DNA from: Candidatus Sungbacteria bacterium RIFCSPLOWO2_01_FULL_54_21
GTDB taxonomy: Bacteria; Patescibacteriota; Minisyncoccia; Sungbacterales; HO2-52-23
Reading direction: 5' to 3'
Length of the DNA stretch: 63,084 nucleotides
Assembly: GCA_001820725.1 (NCBI GenBank)
Contig: MHQR01000020.1
Coordinates: 1-63,084 of the forward strand
The translations under genes and the position numbers were made by a program. This document shows positions 29,302 to 38,749 of this stretch, piece by piece. A model generated the notes under the pieces. The model searched no databases and was not told the DNA's origin. It worked only from the letters and a program-made list of their open reading frames with translations. Numbering within the stretch: position 1 is the stretch's first letter; each line of letters starts with the position of its first letter.

Positions 29302-30749
29302 GCCATCTTTTTGAGCGCGCCCCGAATGCGCGCGAGCGATTCTTCTTTACCTAATATCTCCATGATTTCAAACGGCCCGGGGGACGCCTTCTTACCCGAC
29401 AATGCCACCCGCACGGGCCATAGCAAGGATCCCCTATCCCCTCCTCCTATTTCGTCAAGAAACACTCTTTCCAGCTTTGCCTTCGCGGCTTCATCGGAAA
29501 TGCCTGAAAGCACTTTTTCCGCGCGTTCCAGCGATGTCCGTATATCCGCATCTGTCACTTTTTTCCACCGCAGTAATTCCTTATCATATTCCGGCTCACT
29601 GAAGAAATAACCCACGCGCTCCGCGATTTCCGAGAGTTTTTTAAGCCGCGGCTGTTCAAGGGCTATGACTTTTCCAAGATATGCGCGATCTTTTTCGGAG
29701 GTGACACCTCCGAAAAAAGGCATGCACAAGTCAACCAATTCTGTCACTGATTTCCTGCGGATATATTCGCCGTTCATCCAATCGAGTTTTTGCACATCAA
29801 ATACTGCCCCAGATTTCTGTACCTTTTCAAGCAGGAAGTCGCGGATCAGTTCCTCTTTGCTCATAATTTCCCGATCATCCCCGGGATTCCATCCCACTAG
29901 CGCCATGAAGTTGAACAACGCTTCGGGCAAATACCCTTGTGCACGATATTCGTCTATGGATGTCGCGCCATGTCGCTTGGACAACTTTGAACGGTCAGGG
30001 CCGAGGATAAGCGGGAGATGCGCGTACTCCGGCATGGGAAAGCCGAGGGTCTCGGCAATGAGCATTTGCTTGGGTGTATTGGTGATGTGGTCTTCTCCGC
30101 GGATGACATGCGTGATTTTCATTTCATAGTCATCCGCGACAACCGCAAAATTATAGAGCGGCACGTTAGGACGCTTGGCAATGGAAAAGTCGCCCAAAAG
30201 ATCGGACTCAAATGCGACCGTGCCCCGGATAAGATCAGTGAATTCAATCCTTCTTCCCGCAGGGGTCTTGAAGCGAATGATAAAGTCGGATGTTTCTGCG
30301 GCGCGGGCATGCGCTTCTGCAGGCGCCGTATCGCGATGTGTGCATGAGTGAAGTAAGACGCGTTTTTCCGCCATCATGCGCCCCTTTTCTTCGGCCAATT
30401 CTTTTTCCGAATGAAAACAATAGAACGCCTTGCCCTCGGCAAGCAGTTGGCGGATGTATTTTTCGTACGTTTCGGTGCGCTCGGTCTGGCGGTAAGGCGC
30501 GTACGGCCCGCCCTGCTCCGGCCCTTCATCCGGGTCAATGCCGAGCCACCGCAGACCGTCAAAGATACTCTGTTCGTATTTTTTGTCCGATCGCTCAATG
30601 TCCGTGTCCTCGATGCGGAGGACAAATACTCCGTTCTGGTTCTTGGCGAAGAGATAATTAAAGAGCGCGACGCGGGCGGTGCCGATGTGGAGATTGCCCG
30701 TAGGGCTTGGAGCTATACGAACGCGGGGAAGAAGCATAGTGAGACGCAA
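29298..30749 (-). CDS. gltX: glutamate--tRNA ligase
   Basis: APSPTGNLHIGTAR (HIGH) and KLSKRHG (KMSKS). Confidence 0.95.
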   Translation of the reverse strand: MRLTMLLPRVRIAPSPTGNLHIGTARVALFNYLFAKNQNGVFVLRIEDTDIERSDKKYEQSIFDGLRWLGIDPDEGPEQGGPYAPYRQTERTETYEKYIRQLLAEGKAFYCFHSEKELAEEKGRMMAEKRVLLHSCTHRDTAPAEAHARAAETSDFIIRFKTPAGRRIEFTDLIRGTVAFESDLLGDFSIAKRPNVPLYNFAVVADDYEMKITHVIRGEDHITNTPKQMLIAETLGFPMPEYAHLPLILGPDRSKLSKRHGATSIDEYRAQGYLPEALFNFMALVGWNPGDDREIMSKEELIRDFLLEKVQKSGAVFDVQKLDWMNGEYIRRKSVTELVDLCMPFFGGVTSEKDRAYLGKVIALEQPRLKKLSEIAERVGYFFSEPEYDKELLRWKKVTDADIRTSLERAEKVLSGISDEAAKAKLERVFLDEIGGGDRGSLLWPVRVALSGKKASPGPFEIMEILGKEESLARIRGALKKMA

Positions 30750-30766
30750 ATGCTCGAGACATACTG

Positions 30767-31885
30767 TTAATGGAGACCCAATTTTAGGAGTTCTTGGGCC
30801 ACGGTTTGGGCTGAATCCGGGCGGGCGAATTTCAAGGCCGCCTCGCTCATCTTGGCACGTTTTTCAGGATCGTCAATGAGCTTCTTTATCTCGGCCAGCA
30901 GGATGTGTGGCGTGACATTCCCCTCTTCCAGAATCATGGCGCCGCCCTCCGCGGCATAGGCAAACGCGTTTTCCCACTGATGATTTTGCGCCGCATGGGA
31001 CAAAGGCACTAGAATGGACGGCTTGCCGCGCGCCGCGATCTCTAAAATGGAAGATGCGCCCGCGCGGGAAACGATCAGATCGCATACTGTGTAAAAATCA
31101 CGAATGCCCGTCTCATCCATAAATCCTACAGGATGATATCGCTCCTTGTGTCCGGATGCGAGTACCACGCTGGCTTCGGCTTGTACATTCGCAAAATTCT
31201 TTTCTCCTGTCTGATGGACGACTTCATATTCTGCGGTGAGTTCTTTCAAAACGCCGAGCACCGCGTTGTTGAGGAGTTCGGCTCCTTGCGACGCGCCGAT
31301 GAGGCCTATGACGGGCACGGCGGAATAGAGATCAAACGCTTCGCGCGCTTCTTCGCGATTGCCATAGAGAATGCGACTGCGCAGGGGTATGCCGACGAGG
31401 GCTGTTTTTCCGGCGGGGAAATGCTTGGCTGCGGCGGGAAACGCGATGCCGATGCGCGATGCGAATCGCGCGGAAAAGCGATTTACTTTTCCGGGCACGA
31501 CGTCGGATTCATGGATGATGAGCGGGATGCGAAAGACCGCAGCGGCGAGCACCGCAGGCAAGGCCCCGTATCCGCCCTTGGAAAATACGGCGTCGGGCAT
31601 GATGAGGAACATATTCCATAGTGCCTGCAGAAAGCCAAGGGGGATACGCACTATATCGAGCGCATTTTCCAAGGAGCCGTACCGCCGCCATTTTCCAGCA
31701 AGCACACGTATGGGTACCACATCCTCGTCTTTGAGGAGCGGCAGGCCAAAGTCATCCGGCCCCATGTAGTAGCATTCCAAATCCAATATCCGTTCTTCCT
31801 CGGCAATGCGCTTTACTTCGCGCACCACCGCGAGGATGGGGAAAAAATGCCCTCCGGTGCCGCCGCCCGTGAAAAGTATCCTCAT
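30767..31885 (-). CDS. murG: UDP-GlcNAc:lipid I GlcNAc transferase
   Basis: MRILFTGGGTGGHFFP, C-terminal GASSILE...HQ..NA. Confidence 0.95.
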   Translation of the reverse strand: MRILFTGGGTGGHFFPILAVVREVKRIAEEERILDLECYYMGPDDFGLPLLKDEDVVPIRVLAGKWRRYGSLENALDIVRIPLGFLQALWNMFLIMPDAVFSKGGYGALPAVLAAAVFRIPLIIHESDVVPGKVNRFSARFASRIGIAFPAAAKHFPAGKTALVGIPLRSRILYGNREEAREAFDLYSAVPVIGLIGASQGAELLNNAVLGVLKELTAEYEVVHQTGEKNFANVQAEASVVLASGHKERYHPVGFMDETGIRDFYTVCDLIVSRAGASSILEIAARGKPSILVPLSHAAQNHQWENAFAYAAEGGAMILEEGNVTPHILLAEIKKLIDDPEKRAKMSEAALKFARPDSAQTVAQELLKLGLH

Positions 31886-31889
31886 GTTG

Positions 31890-31946
31890 GCTGTAGGGCT
31901 AGTAGGGCTAGTAGGGCTGTAGAAAACTACATCCTACTATCCTACC
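31890..31946. repeat. imperfect hairpin of GCTAGTAGG / CCTACTA units (murG-ftsW spacer)
   Basis: GGCTGTAGGGCTAGTAGGGCTAGTAGGGCTGTAG-AAAA-CTACATCCTACTATCCTACC. Confidence 0.7.
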
Positions 31947-31959
31947 GCCTGCGTTCCTT

Positions 31960-33072
31960 TTAGGTATGTCTCGATATATTCATCAGAATCCCTGTGCCAG
32001 CCAGCATGACCGCCAGCGACGTGCCGCCATAGCTGACGAACGGGAGTGGTATGCCGGTGAGCGGAAGTAGGCCCGAAATCGCCGCCATGTTGACGAACGC
32101 TTGTGTCATCATACCAATCGCAATACCTGCGGCCAAGAGCTTGCCAAATACGTCAGGGGCACGGCGCGCGATCATGCACCCTTTTAGGAATAAAAAGAAG
32201 AACAGGGCGATTAGCGCCGCGGCGCCCAAAAAACCCATTTCCTCTGTGAATATGGCGAAAATGGAGTCCCCCATCGGCTCCGGAAGGTATTGGTATTTTT
32301 GAAGCCCTCTGCCAAAACCAAGGCCGAAAAATCCACCCGAGCCGATAGCAATGGATGCCTGGGTGATTTGATATCCCGCGCCCTGCGGATCGAGTCCCGG
32401 ATTGAAGAACACGCGCACGCGGTCAAATCGGTACGGCGCCAATTGAATGAGGAGATAGAACATGGCAACGCCGAGCAACACCAACGTTACCACTTGCGAT
32501 TTCTTGCCGCCGCCGAGAAAATACAAAAGCCCCGCGGTGACGACAATCACAAACAGCGTTCCCATGTCCGGTTGCATGAGAAGGAACACGCCGACCACGG
32601 AGAGCATGATGACAAAAGGAATCATGCCGTAGGATATGCTCGCGACTTCCCGCCGCCGCGCATCAAGCCAGCTCGCTAGATACAGGATAAACGCGAGCTT
32701 GAGTAACTCTGACGGTTGAAACATCAACGCCCCCAGGCGTAGCCATCGCGTAGCGCCTCCGGCGGAAAAACCAAGCTGGGGCACAAAGAGCAATGCAAGC
32801 AGGACAAAAGAAATCAGCAACAGAGGCAAGGACCACGCGCGCCACGCGCGGTACGGTATGCGCGACGTTACGGCCATAAACACGAGTCCCAATCCGCCGC
32901 CAAGGATCAACTGGCGCAGGGCATAGCCGCCGATGGATCCGAAATTTTTGTACGAGAGCGTCATGGACGCAGAAGTCAGAATCAAAAGTCCCATAACAAA
33001 AAGCCCAAGTACCAGGAAGAGGAGCTGACGATCAATGGGATGCGCTATCGCAGAACGGTTAGCGTTTGGCAT
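31960..33072 (-). CDS. ftsW: FtsW/RodA/SpoVE family peptidoglycan glycosyltransferase
   Basis: Ten TM spans. PEPMGDSIFAIFTEEMGF and LPLTGIPLPFVSYGGTS blocks. Located between murD and murG. Confidence 0.9.
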   Translation of the reverse strand: MPNANRSAIAHPIDRQLLFLVLGLFVMGLLILTSASMTLSYKNFGSIGGYALRQLILGGGLGLVFMAVTSRIPYRAWRAWSLPLLLISFVLLALLFVPQLGFSAGGATRWLRLGALMFQPSELLKLAFILYLASWLDARRREVASISYGMIPFVIMLSVVGVFLLMQPDMGTLFVIVVTAGLLYFLGGGKKSQVVTLVLLGVAMFYLLIQLAPYRFDRVRVFFNPGLDPQGAGYQITQASIAIGSGGFFGLGFGRGLQKYQYLPEPMGDSIFAIFTEEMGFLGAAALIALFFFLFLKGCMIARRAPDVFGKLLAAGIAIGMMTQAFVNMAAISGLLPLTGIPLPFVSYGGTSLAVMLAGTGILMNISRHT

Positions 33073-34405
33073 GTTTCGCTTTCAGCTTTTGCACGGCTTT
33101 GACAAATTGCGCTCCTCGGTCAAATTCATTAAGGAACAGGCCGAAACTCGCGCACCCGGGCGAGAGCACGACATAGTCGCCGGAAGATGCCAGAGTATAT
33201 GCGCGCTTGACCGCTTCTTGCATATTCCGTGCGTTTTGCACAGACACGCGCGTATTTTTGAGGTGCGGTATGAGCACGTCGGTGCCGGTGCCAGGCAAGA
33301 GCACCACCGTATCCGTTGATTTTCTGATCTCGCGCGCAAAATCCGCGAATTTTAACTTTTTGTCCTGCCCGCCCGCAATCAAGATCAGACGGCGTTGGTG
33401 TCTGTCCGCGAGTACGCGGAATCGCCTGATCGCCGCAATCGCGGCGTCCGGAATCGTAGCGGTCGTATCATTTACAAAATGCACGCCGCCTGTTGAGCTG
33501 ATGATTTCCTGGCGTGACTCAAGGCCCGTAAACTCGCGAATCACCTGCGTAATTGCGCGATCAGATACCTTGAAATACTGTGCGACAGCGTAGGCAAGAG
33601 CCACGCTGGACCGGTAATGCTCGCCTAGATTCTGGTCTACGATCGGAATAAGTACGCGCGGCAGGACAGCTTCGCGCACCCGCCCGGGGGCTGATCGCGC
33701 AAGCGCGCGGAGATCTTTGTCCCCTGCGGGGATAAACAATACATCGTCTTTGCGCTGGTAGCGAAAGATGACGGATTTTGCCTCGCGGTATTCACGCATA
33801 TCGCGATGCCAGTTCAGATGATCACGCATAAGATTGGTGAACACAGCAACTCGGGGACTTTTGCGCCCCATAGCCACGTCCTGTAATTGAAAACTGGAAA
33901 GCTCCAGCACGACCAGATCGTCTTTTTTTATTTTTGGCAGAACACCGAGCACCGATCGGCGTATGTTGCCGCCGTAGTGTACGCGCGGATACTTTGACGA
34001 CAGCATTTTCCAGACCAGATGCGTCGTGGTGGACTTGCCACGCGTTCCTGTGATGCCGATGATCCGCGCCGGACATGTCTGAAAGAAGATGCCGACATCG
34101 CTGGTTGCATGGACACCGCGCGCGATCGCCTTGCGAAGAAAGGGGTTGTCGCGTCGCACCCCAGAATTTTTTATGATTAGGTCTGCCGCAAGAAAATCCT
34201 TTTCATCGTGCCTGCCCAGGACATAACGGATATTTTTGAACCGTGCAAGAGCGCGCAGAGACGGCGCAAGATCGCGGCGCGACCGCACATCAGTAACCGT
34301 AACCCGCGCACCGCGCCGTACAAAAAATTCTGCGGACGCTACTCCCCCGCCATGCAGGCCAAGACCCATGATCAACACTTTTTTTCTTTTGACATCAAAA
34401 TCCAT
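33059..34405 (-). CDS. murD: UDP-N-acetylmuramoylalanine--D-glutamate ligase
   Basis: VLIMGLGLHGGG and ITGTRGKSTTT. Start set at MDFDVKRKK, because the longer ORF overlaps the upstream gene. Confidence 0.9.
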   Translation of the reverse strand: MDFDVKRKKVLIMGLGLHGGGVASAEFFVRRGARVTVTDVRSRRDLAPSLRALARFKNIRYVLGRHDEKDFLAADLIIKNSGVRRDNPFLRKAIARGVHATSDVGIFFQTCPARIIGITGTRGKSTTTHLVWKMLSSKYPRVHYGGNIRRSVLGVLPKIKKDDLVVLELSSFQLQDVAMGRKSPRVAVFTNLMRDHLNWHRDMREYREAKSVIFRYQRKDDVLFIPAGDKDLRALARSAPGRVREAVLPRVLIPIVDQNLGEHYRSSVALAYAVAQYFKVSDRAITQVIREFTGLESRQEIISSTGGVHFVNDTTATIPDAAIAAIRRFRVLADRHQRRLILIAGGQDKKLKFADFAREIRKSTDTVVLLPGTGTDVLIPHLKNTRVSVQNARNMQEAVKRAYTLASSGDYVVLSPGCASFGLFLNEFDRGAQFVKAVQKLKAKHAKR

Positions 34406-34409
34406 AGTG

Positions 34410-35987
34410 TTAGGCGTGCTTGCGCAATACTTCCCCCGCGCGCACCTCGGTGTGGCGGCCTTCGGCAACCGCGATTTTTCCGTTGATGATGACCCACTCC
34501 ATGCCCGCCGGATACCGGTATGGATTTTGATAGGTCGCCCGATCGCGGATGAGGCGAGGATCAAAAATAATAATATCGGCGAAATTGCCCTTTGCAATCG
34601 TCCCCCGTCCCGTGATGCCCAACAAGCGCGCCGGTCCCCCGCTTGCTTTCACGATGGCTTCTTCCGGCTTCAAAACGCGCAGGTCATTAACAAAGCGGTG
34701 CCAGAAATGCGGAAATGCGCCGAAACACCGCGGATGCACCAGTCCTCCGGCGCTTTCCGCCGCTTGCGCCATGCCAAAGCCGTCAGAGGCCATCAGCGAG
34801 TGGGGATTCTGCACCGCCAACTCCATATTCTTTTTTGAAATGGTGCGGCCGAGAATAGTCACCCTGCCCTCGTTGCCGCGAACGATTTCCAGCAGGGCTT
34901 CTTCCGGCGGCAATCCCATACCATTGGCGATCTCGGCAATGGTTTTGCCTGCGATGGATGCGTGCTTGGCCGAGATAACTCGGATGCGGTCGTAGTGCAG
35001 GGTGCGCTGTGCCAAACCTTCCAAAATCCGCTTCTTCTCCGCCTGCCGCCCCATGCGATCAAACAAGTCCTTCAGCCCGCCCCTGCGCGCCCACTCCGGA
35101 ATCAACAGATACAACGGCGAGCCAGTCGTGCGATACGGCGAGACATCAAACCAGATTGCAACGCCACTCAAGCGCGCATACGCAATGAGGTCGAGCGCTT
35201 TTTTAGCGAGCGGCCATGATTTGCGGCCGATAACTTTCAAGTGACTAATCACGACGGGTATGCCTATCTCTCGGCTGATTTGGATTGCTTCGTTGATCGC
35301 GCCCAGCACTTCGGGACCCTCCGAACGCAAATGTATTTTTAAAATGCCCCCCGTGCGGGACAGGGGCCGCGCCACGTCCATAAGTTCCTCGGTCGCGGAC
35401 AACCGCTCATGCCCGTACGCAAGGCCGAAAGAAAGGCCAAATGCGCCCTCCTGCACCGCGCGCTCGGCAAGCAGAGCCGCTTTGGCGCGATTTTCAAGCG
35501 AGAGCGGGCCTGTATCATTGCCTGCGACTCCCCGCCGCAGGGTACCGAATCCGGCAAACGCGCCGAAGTTCACGCCAGGCCGCACTTTCTCAACCGCAGT
35601 CAGAAATTCACCCATGCCCGTCCAGTTGATGCCCATGTCCGACAGGTCCGCCCACTTGCTCACGCCCTGAATGGACTCGCGCGACACCAAGGGAGCCAGC
35701 GATGCGCCGCAATTGCCGCCGATGATCGTCGTAACGCCCTGCATGACCATACTTTCCTGCAGAGGATATTTGAAGAGCGTGAGGTGCGTATCCGCGTGAT
35801 TAGTAATATCAATAAAGCCCGGAGCCACGATCTTGCCAGACGCGCTGATTTCCGTCTTGGCGCTTACCCGCGGCAAGGCCCCAATGTGGACGATCTTGCC
35901 CCCGTCTATAGCAATATCATTGACCGCCGCGGGATTCCCCGCGCCATCCAGCACCGATCCGCCTTTGATGACGATGTCATACATCAT
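34410..35987 (-). CDS. D-aminoacylase (N-acyl-D-amino-acid deacylase) family amidohydrolase
   Basis: GGNCGASLAP, HLRSEG, ISHLKV and SDG match the beta-site metal ligands of D-aminoacylases. The first His of the HxH motif is replaced (ITNH). Confidence 0.8.
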   Translation of the reverse strand: MMYDIVIKGGSVLDGAGNPAAVNDIAIDGGKIVHIGALPRVSAKTEISASGKIVAPGFIDITNHADTHLTLFKYPLQESMVMQGVTTIIGGNCGASLAPLVSRESIQGVSKWADLSDMGINWTGMGEFLTAVEKVRPGVNFGAFAGFGTLRRGVAGNDTGPLSLENRAKAALLAERAVQEGAFGLSFGLAYGHERLSATEELMDVARPLSRTGGILKIHLRSEGPEVLGAINEAIQISREIGIPVVISHLKVIGRKSWPLAKKALDLIAYARLSGVAIWFDVSPYRTTGSPLYLLIPEWARRGGLKDLFDRMGRQAEKKRILEGLAQRTLHYDRIRVISAKHASIAGKTIAEIANGMGLPPEEALLEIVRGNEGRVTILGRTISKKNMELAVQNPHSLMASDGFGMAQAAESAGGLVHPRCFGAFPHFWHRFVNDLRVLKPEEAIVKASGGPARLLGITGRGTIAKGNFADIIIFDPRLIRDRATYQNPYRYPAGMEWVIINGKIAVAEGRHTEVRAGEVLRKHA

Positions 35988-36017
35988 TACGTTTATTATA
36001 GAGGAGTTGACAGCATC

Positions 36018-36361
36018 ATGGCAACCGATAAAATGAATCTGATGGCAAAGAAAATAAGCACAATTGGAGAGCTTGCCGCAATGATCCAGTGGACCATGGC
36101 AAGTAAGGAGGATCTTAAAGCCCTCAAGGTTGAACTCAAGGGAGATATTGCGGGGGTGAGATCGGAACTCAAGGGAGATATTGCGCAGATGCGGGAGGAA
36201 ATGGCGACGAAGACCGAGATGCGGGACGGATTCTATGCGGTCAATCGCCGCATAGACCTCTTGCGGAAGATATCCCCGACTTGCCTGACATCCGCGAGGA
36301 AGTAAAGGATCTCGGTGAGCGCCTCACGCGCGTAGAGCGGAAAGTCGGCACCGCGCGATAG
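36018..36361 (+). pseudogene. frameshifted paralog of the coiled-coil protein at 675..998
   Basis: The frame from 36018 ends at 36305. The homologous tail EDIPDLPDIREEVKDLGERLTRVERKVGTAR continues in another frame (36266-36361). Confidence 0.65.
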
Positions 36362-36430
36362 GGAGTTTTCGCTTCTTGACATCTCGGTTTTGACGCGGTT
36401 ATTATAGAAGTTGAAGGAATTGATATTTTT

Positions 36431-36625
36431 ATGTACCTTGATCATCAACAAATCGAGACGCTTTCAAAATATTTCGGTGATGCTTCAAAACTGCTCGTCG
36501 GATCCGTTGTCATAGGGTTCTTCATTCCCAACGAGGCAGAACCGCTTTCTCTCCCTGTATTTTTCTCCGGAATCTTTGCTGCCTTGTCTTTCTTATACAT
36601 AAGCATCGCGCTCGCGAGAAAATAA
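36431..36625 (+). CDS. small two-TM membrane protein (cassette copy B)
   Basis: GSVVIGFF...GIFAALSFLYISIALARK aligns with ASLVVPFF...GIMFTAGAWFIALIIGK of 4033..4218. Confidence 0.6.
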   Translation: MYLDHQQIETLSKYFGDASKLLVGSVVIGFFIPNEAEPLSLPVFFSGIFAALSFLYISIALARK

Positions 36626-36631
36626 AAACAT

Positions 36632-36733
36632 ATGCCCCTCCATCAAAAAATCATCATTGTATATCTGACCCTCACCCTGATAGGCACGGTGTTGTATATT
36701 GTTGGCATGCGGTCTAAAAACAGCAGTATATGA
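36632..36733 (+). CDS. 33-aa single-TM micro-protein (MPLHQKIIIVYLTLTLIGTVLYIVGMRSKNSSI)
   Basis: Starts 6 nt after the upstream stop. Hydrophobic core plus polar/basic tail. Confidence 0.45.
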   Translation: MPLHQKIIIVYLTLTLIGTVLYIVGMRSKNSSI

Positions 36734-36828
36734 TCGGCGATGCAGTATTTTACACTATCACGGCCGTTCTCTTTGCTCTCATGTTTGCCGTGCTGATTTT
36801 CTACAATCCGAAGCCACGCAAACGTTGA
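36730..36828 (+). CDS. 32-aa single-TM micro-protein (MIGDAVFYTITAVLFALMFAVLIFYNPKPRKR)
   Basis: ATGA overlap with the previous micro-ORF. Resembles the 4221/4414 peptides (FY..., basic tail). Confidence 0.5.
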   Translation: MIGDAVFYTITAVLFALMFAVLIFYNPKPRKR

Positions 36829-36880
36829 TGATTCTGCAACACAAAGCTCCCGCGTTACGCGGGCGCTTTTTAGCTCCGCG

Positions 36881-38623
36881 TCATTCCACCACGGCGCGGA
36901 TGCGGCGCACGCCTGCGGAGCTGGCTTCTTCTTTGACGATCTTAAACTTCCCCACTTCGGCGGTATGCTGAACATGAGGCCCGCCGCAGAATTCGCATGA
37001 CACGATCTCCCCGCTCGCGGGGTCGTGCATGGTATATATCTTCACGCGCGGCGGATATTTCTCGCGGAAAAATCCGAGCGCGCCTTTCTGTATCCCCTCC
37101 TCGCAGGGCATTTCCTCCCATTTCACCTGATAGTCGTGCCTGATTGCGTCATTCACCCAGTCCTCCACTTTTTTGATCTCTTCCGGAGTTACTTTGCGCG
37201 GAAAGCGAAAGTCAAAACGCGTGCGCTCCACGGTGATGTCCGACCCGTCCTGCCGCACTTCCGGGCCCAGCACCGCACGCAATCCTGCATGGAGCAGGTG
37301 TGTTGCCGTGTGCAGACGCGTTACTTTTTCCACTTCGGATTCATCCCGGATCGTCACCTCGCCGGTCTTCATATACAGCCCGTGCCCGCCGAATTTTGCC
37401 GATGATCCCGCGCGTGATACTTCCTGATGCTTTTTGAACTCCTCGTCAAATTGCTCGCGCGTGAGATGAATAGCCCTCTTTCCTCCGTCATAATCTTTGA
37501 TCACTTCGTACGGCAGGCCGAAACTCTCGTACAAATGAAACGCGGCCTTCGCGTCTCCGGACGGCATACGCTCCATTTCTTTGAGGCCGTGGCGGAGCGT
37601 TTTCATGAACTTTTCTCTCTCGTCAGAATATGCCGAGACGATACTGTCTTTCTCACGCACAAGTTCAGGATACGTCGGGCCGTACTGTTCAATCGTCCGT
37701 TCAATGAGCGGTCTGACATCGTGCATGACGATCGCGCGCCGGAGCAGACGGCGGAGAACATATTCGCGGTCTTTATTTGACGGTCTTACACCGTCAGCAA
37801 GGAGAAACACGGCCGCCCGTGCGTGATCAGCAATTACCCGCTTCTGCGTATCGGTAAAATCAGAAGGCACCAGGTCCATGAGAGGCGCGTAAAGATCCGT
37901 TTCAAAAATATCATTTTTTCCTTGCACGCACATCGCAAGCCGTTCCAGCCCCATGCCCGTGTCTATGCCTTTGGTCGCAAGCGGCTCCAATGTCGCATTG
38001 CCCGCGAGCAGTTCCTCCCGACTGCCCGAGCAGAAAAACTCATTGAACACGATGTTCCAAACTTCAATATCCTCTCCCGCGCTGTTTTTGCAGTAAATCT
38101 CCGTGGTTGGACCGCAGGGGCCTGATGCCCCGGTCGGCCCCCAAAACACGTCATCCATCCCTTCCTCGCGGATGTCGGTGATACCGAGAGACCGCCAGAT
38201 ACGCGCGGATTCCTCGTCCTTTGGCACACTGATACCCTCTTTTCCCTGAAAGATGGTTACATATGAAATGGCGAGTCCCATTTCTTTTGTCAAAAAATCA
38301 AAAGCGTAGGTAATCGCTTCTTTTTTGAAATATCCGCCGAATGAGAAATTCCCCATCATTTCAAAAAAGGTGAGGTGTCGCCCGTCGCCCACTTCGTCAA
38401 TATCAGAGGTACGAAAGGATTTCTGGATTGATACGGTATTGCGCGAGCCGAAATCACGATCCGCCATTTCAGGATTGGTGTAATACTTTTTGAACTGTTG
38501 CATACCAGCGGTCGTCAAAAGCACCGACGGATCGTCGGGTATAAGAGAAGACGACGGCACGGCGGCGTGCCCGCGTGCCGCAAAAAAATCGAGGAATTTT
38601 TTCCGTAATGCCGCGGAGTCCAT
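36881..38623 (-). CDS. alaS: alanine--tRNA ligase, short form without the C-Ala domain
   Basis: TTAGMQQFK, editing-domain HTATHLLH and CGGPHV. Ends right after the editing domain. Start at MDSAALRKKF. Confidence 0.9.
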   Translation of the reverse strand: MDSAALRKKFLDFFAARGHAAVPSSSLIPDDPSVLLTTAGMQQFKKYYTNPEMADRDFGSRNTVSIQKSFRTSDIDEVGDGRHLTFFEMMGNFSFGGYFKKEAITYAFDFLTKEMGLAISYVTIFQGKEGISVPKDEESARIWRSLGITDIREEGMDDVFWGPTGASGPCGPTTEIYCKNSAGEDIEVWNIVFNEFFCSGSREELLAGNATLEPLATKGIDTGMGLERLAMCVQGKNDIFETDLYAPLMDLVPSDFTDTQKRVIADHARAAVFLLADGVRPSNKDREYVLRRLLRRAIVMHDVRPLIERTIEQYGPTYPELVREKDSIVSAYSDEREKFMKTLRHGLKEMERMPSGDAKAAFHLYESFGLPYEVIKDYDGGKRAIHLTREQFDEEFKKHQEVSRAGSSAKFGGHGLYMKTGEVTIRDESEVEKVTRLHTATHLLHAGLRAVLGPEVRQDGSDITVERTRFDFRFPRKVTPEEIKKVEDWVNDAIRHDYQVKWEEMPCEEGIQKGALGFFREKYPPRVKIYTMHDPASGEIVSCEFCGGPHVQHTAEVGKFKIVKEEASSAGVRRIRAVVE

Positions 38624-38749
38624 AACACCGACATTATAGCCGAATGCGCCGTTTCTTTCTATCTTTCTCAAACTTAGTCATACGCAAAATCATCGGCGAG
38701 CGCAAGCCCGCCAGTGGTAACGCGGTGAAATTCTCTTTTCAGAGAGACG

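Noticed and set aside
34406-34597. N-terminal 64-aa extension of murD in the ORF track
   Set aside because: It would overlap the 3' end of the D-aminoacylase gene by about 190 nt. MurD homology starts at MDFDVKRKKVLIMGLG.
36643-36975. 110-aa - strand ORF between cassette B and alaS
   Set aside because: It overlaps the alaS 3' end and is antisense to the two micro-ORFs, whose products resemble those of cassette A. It has no motifs.
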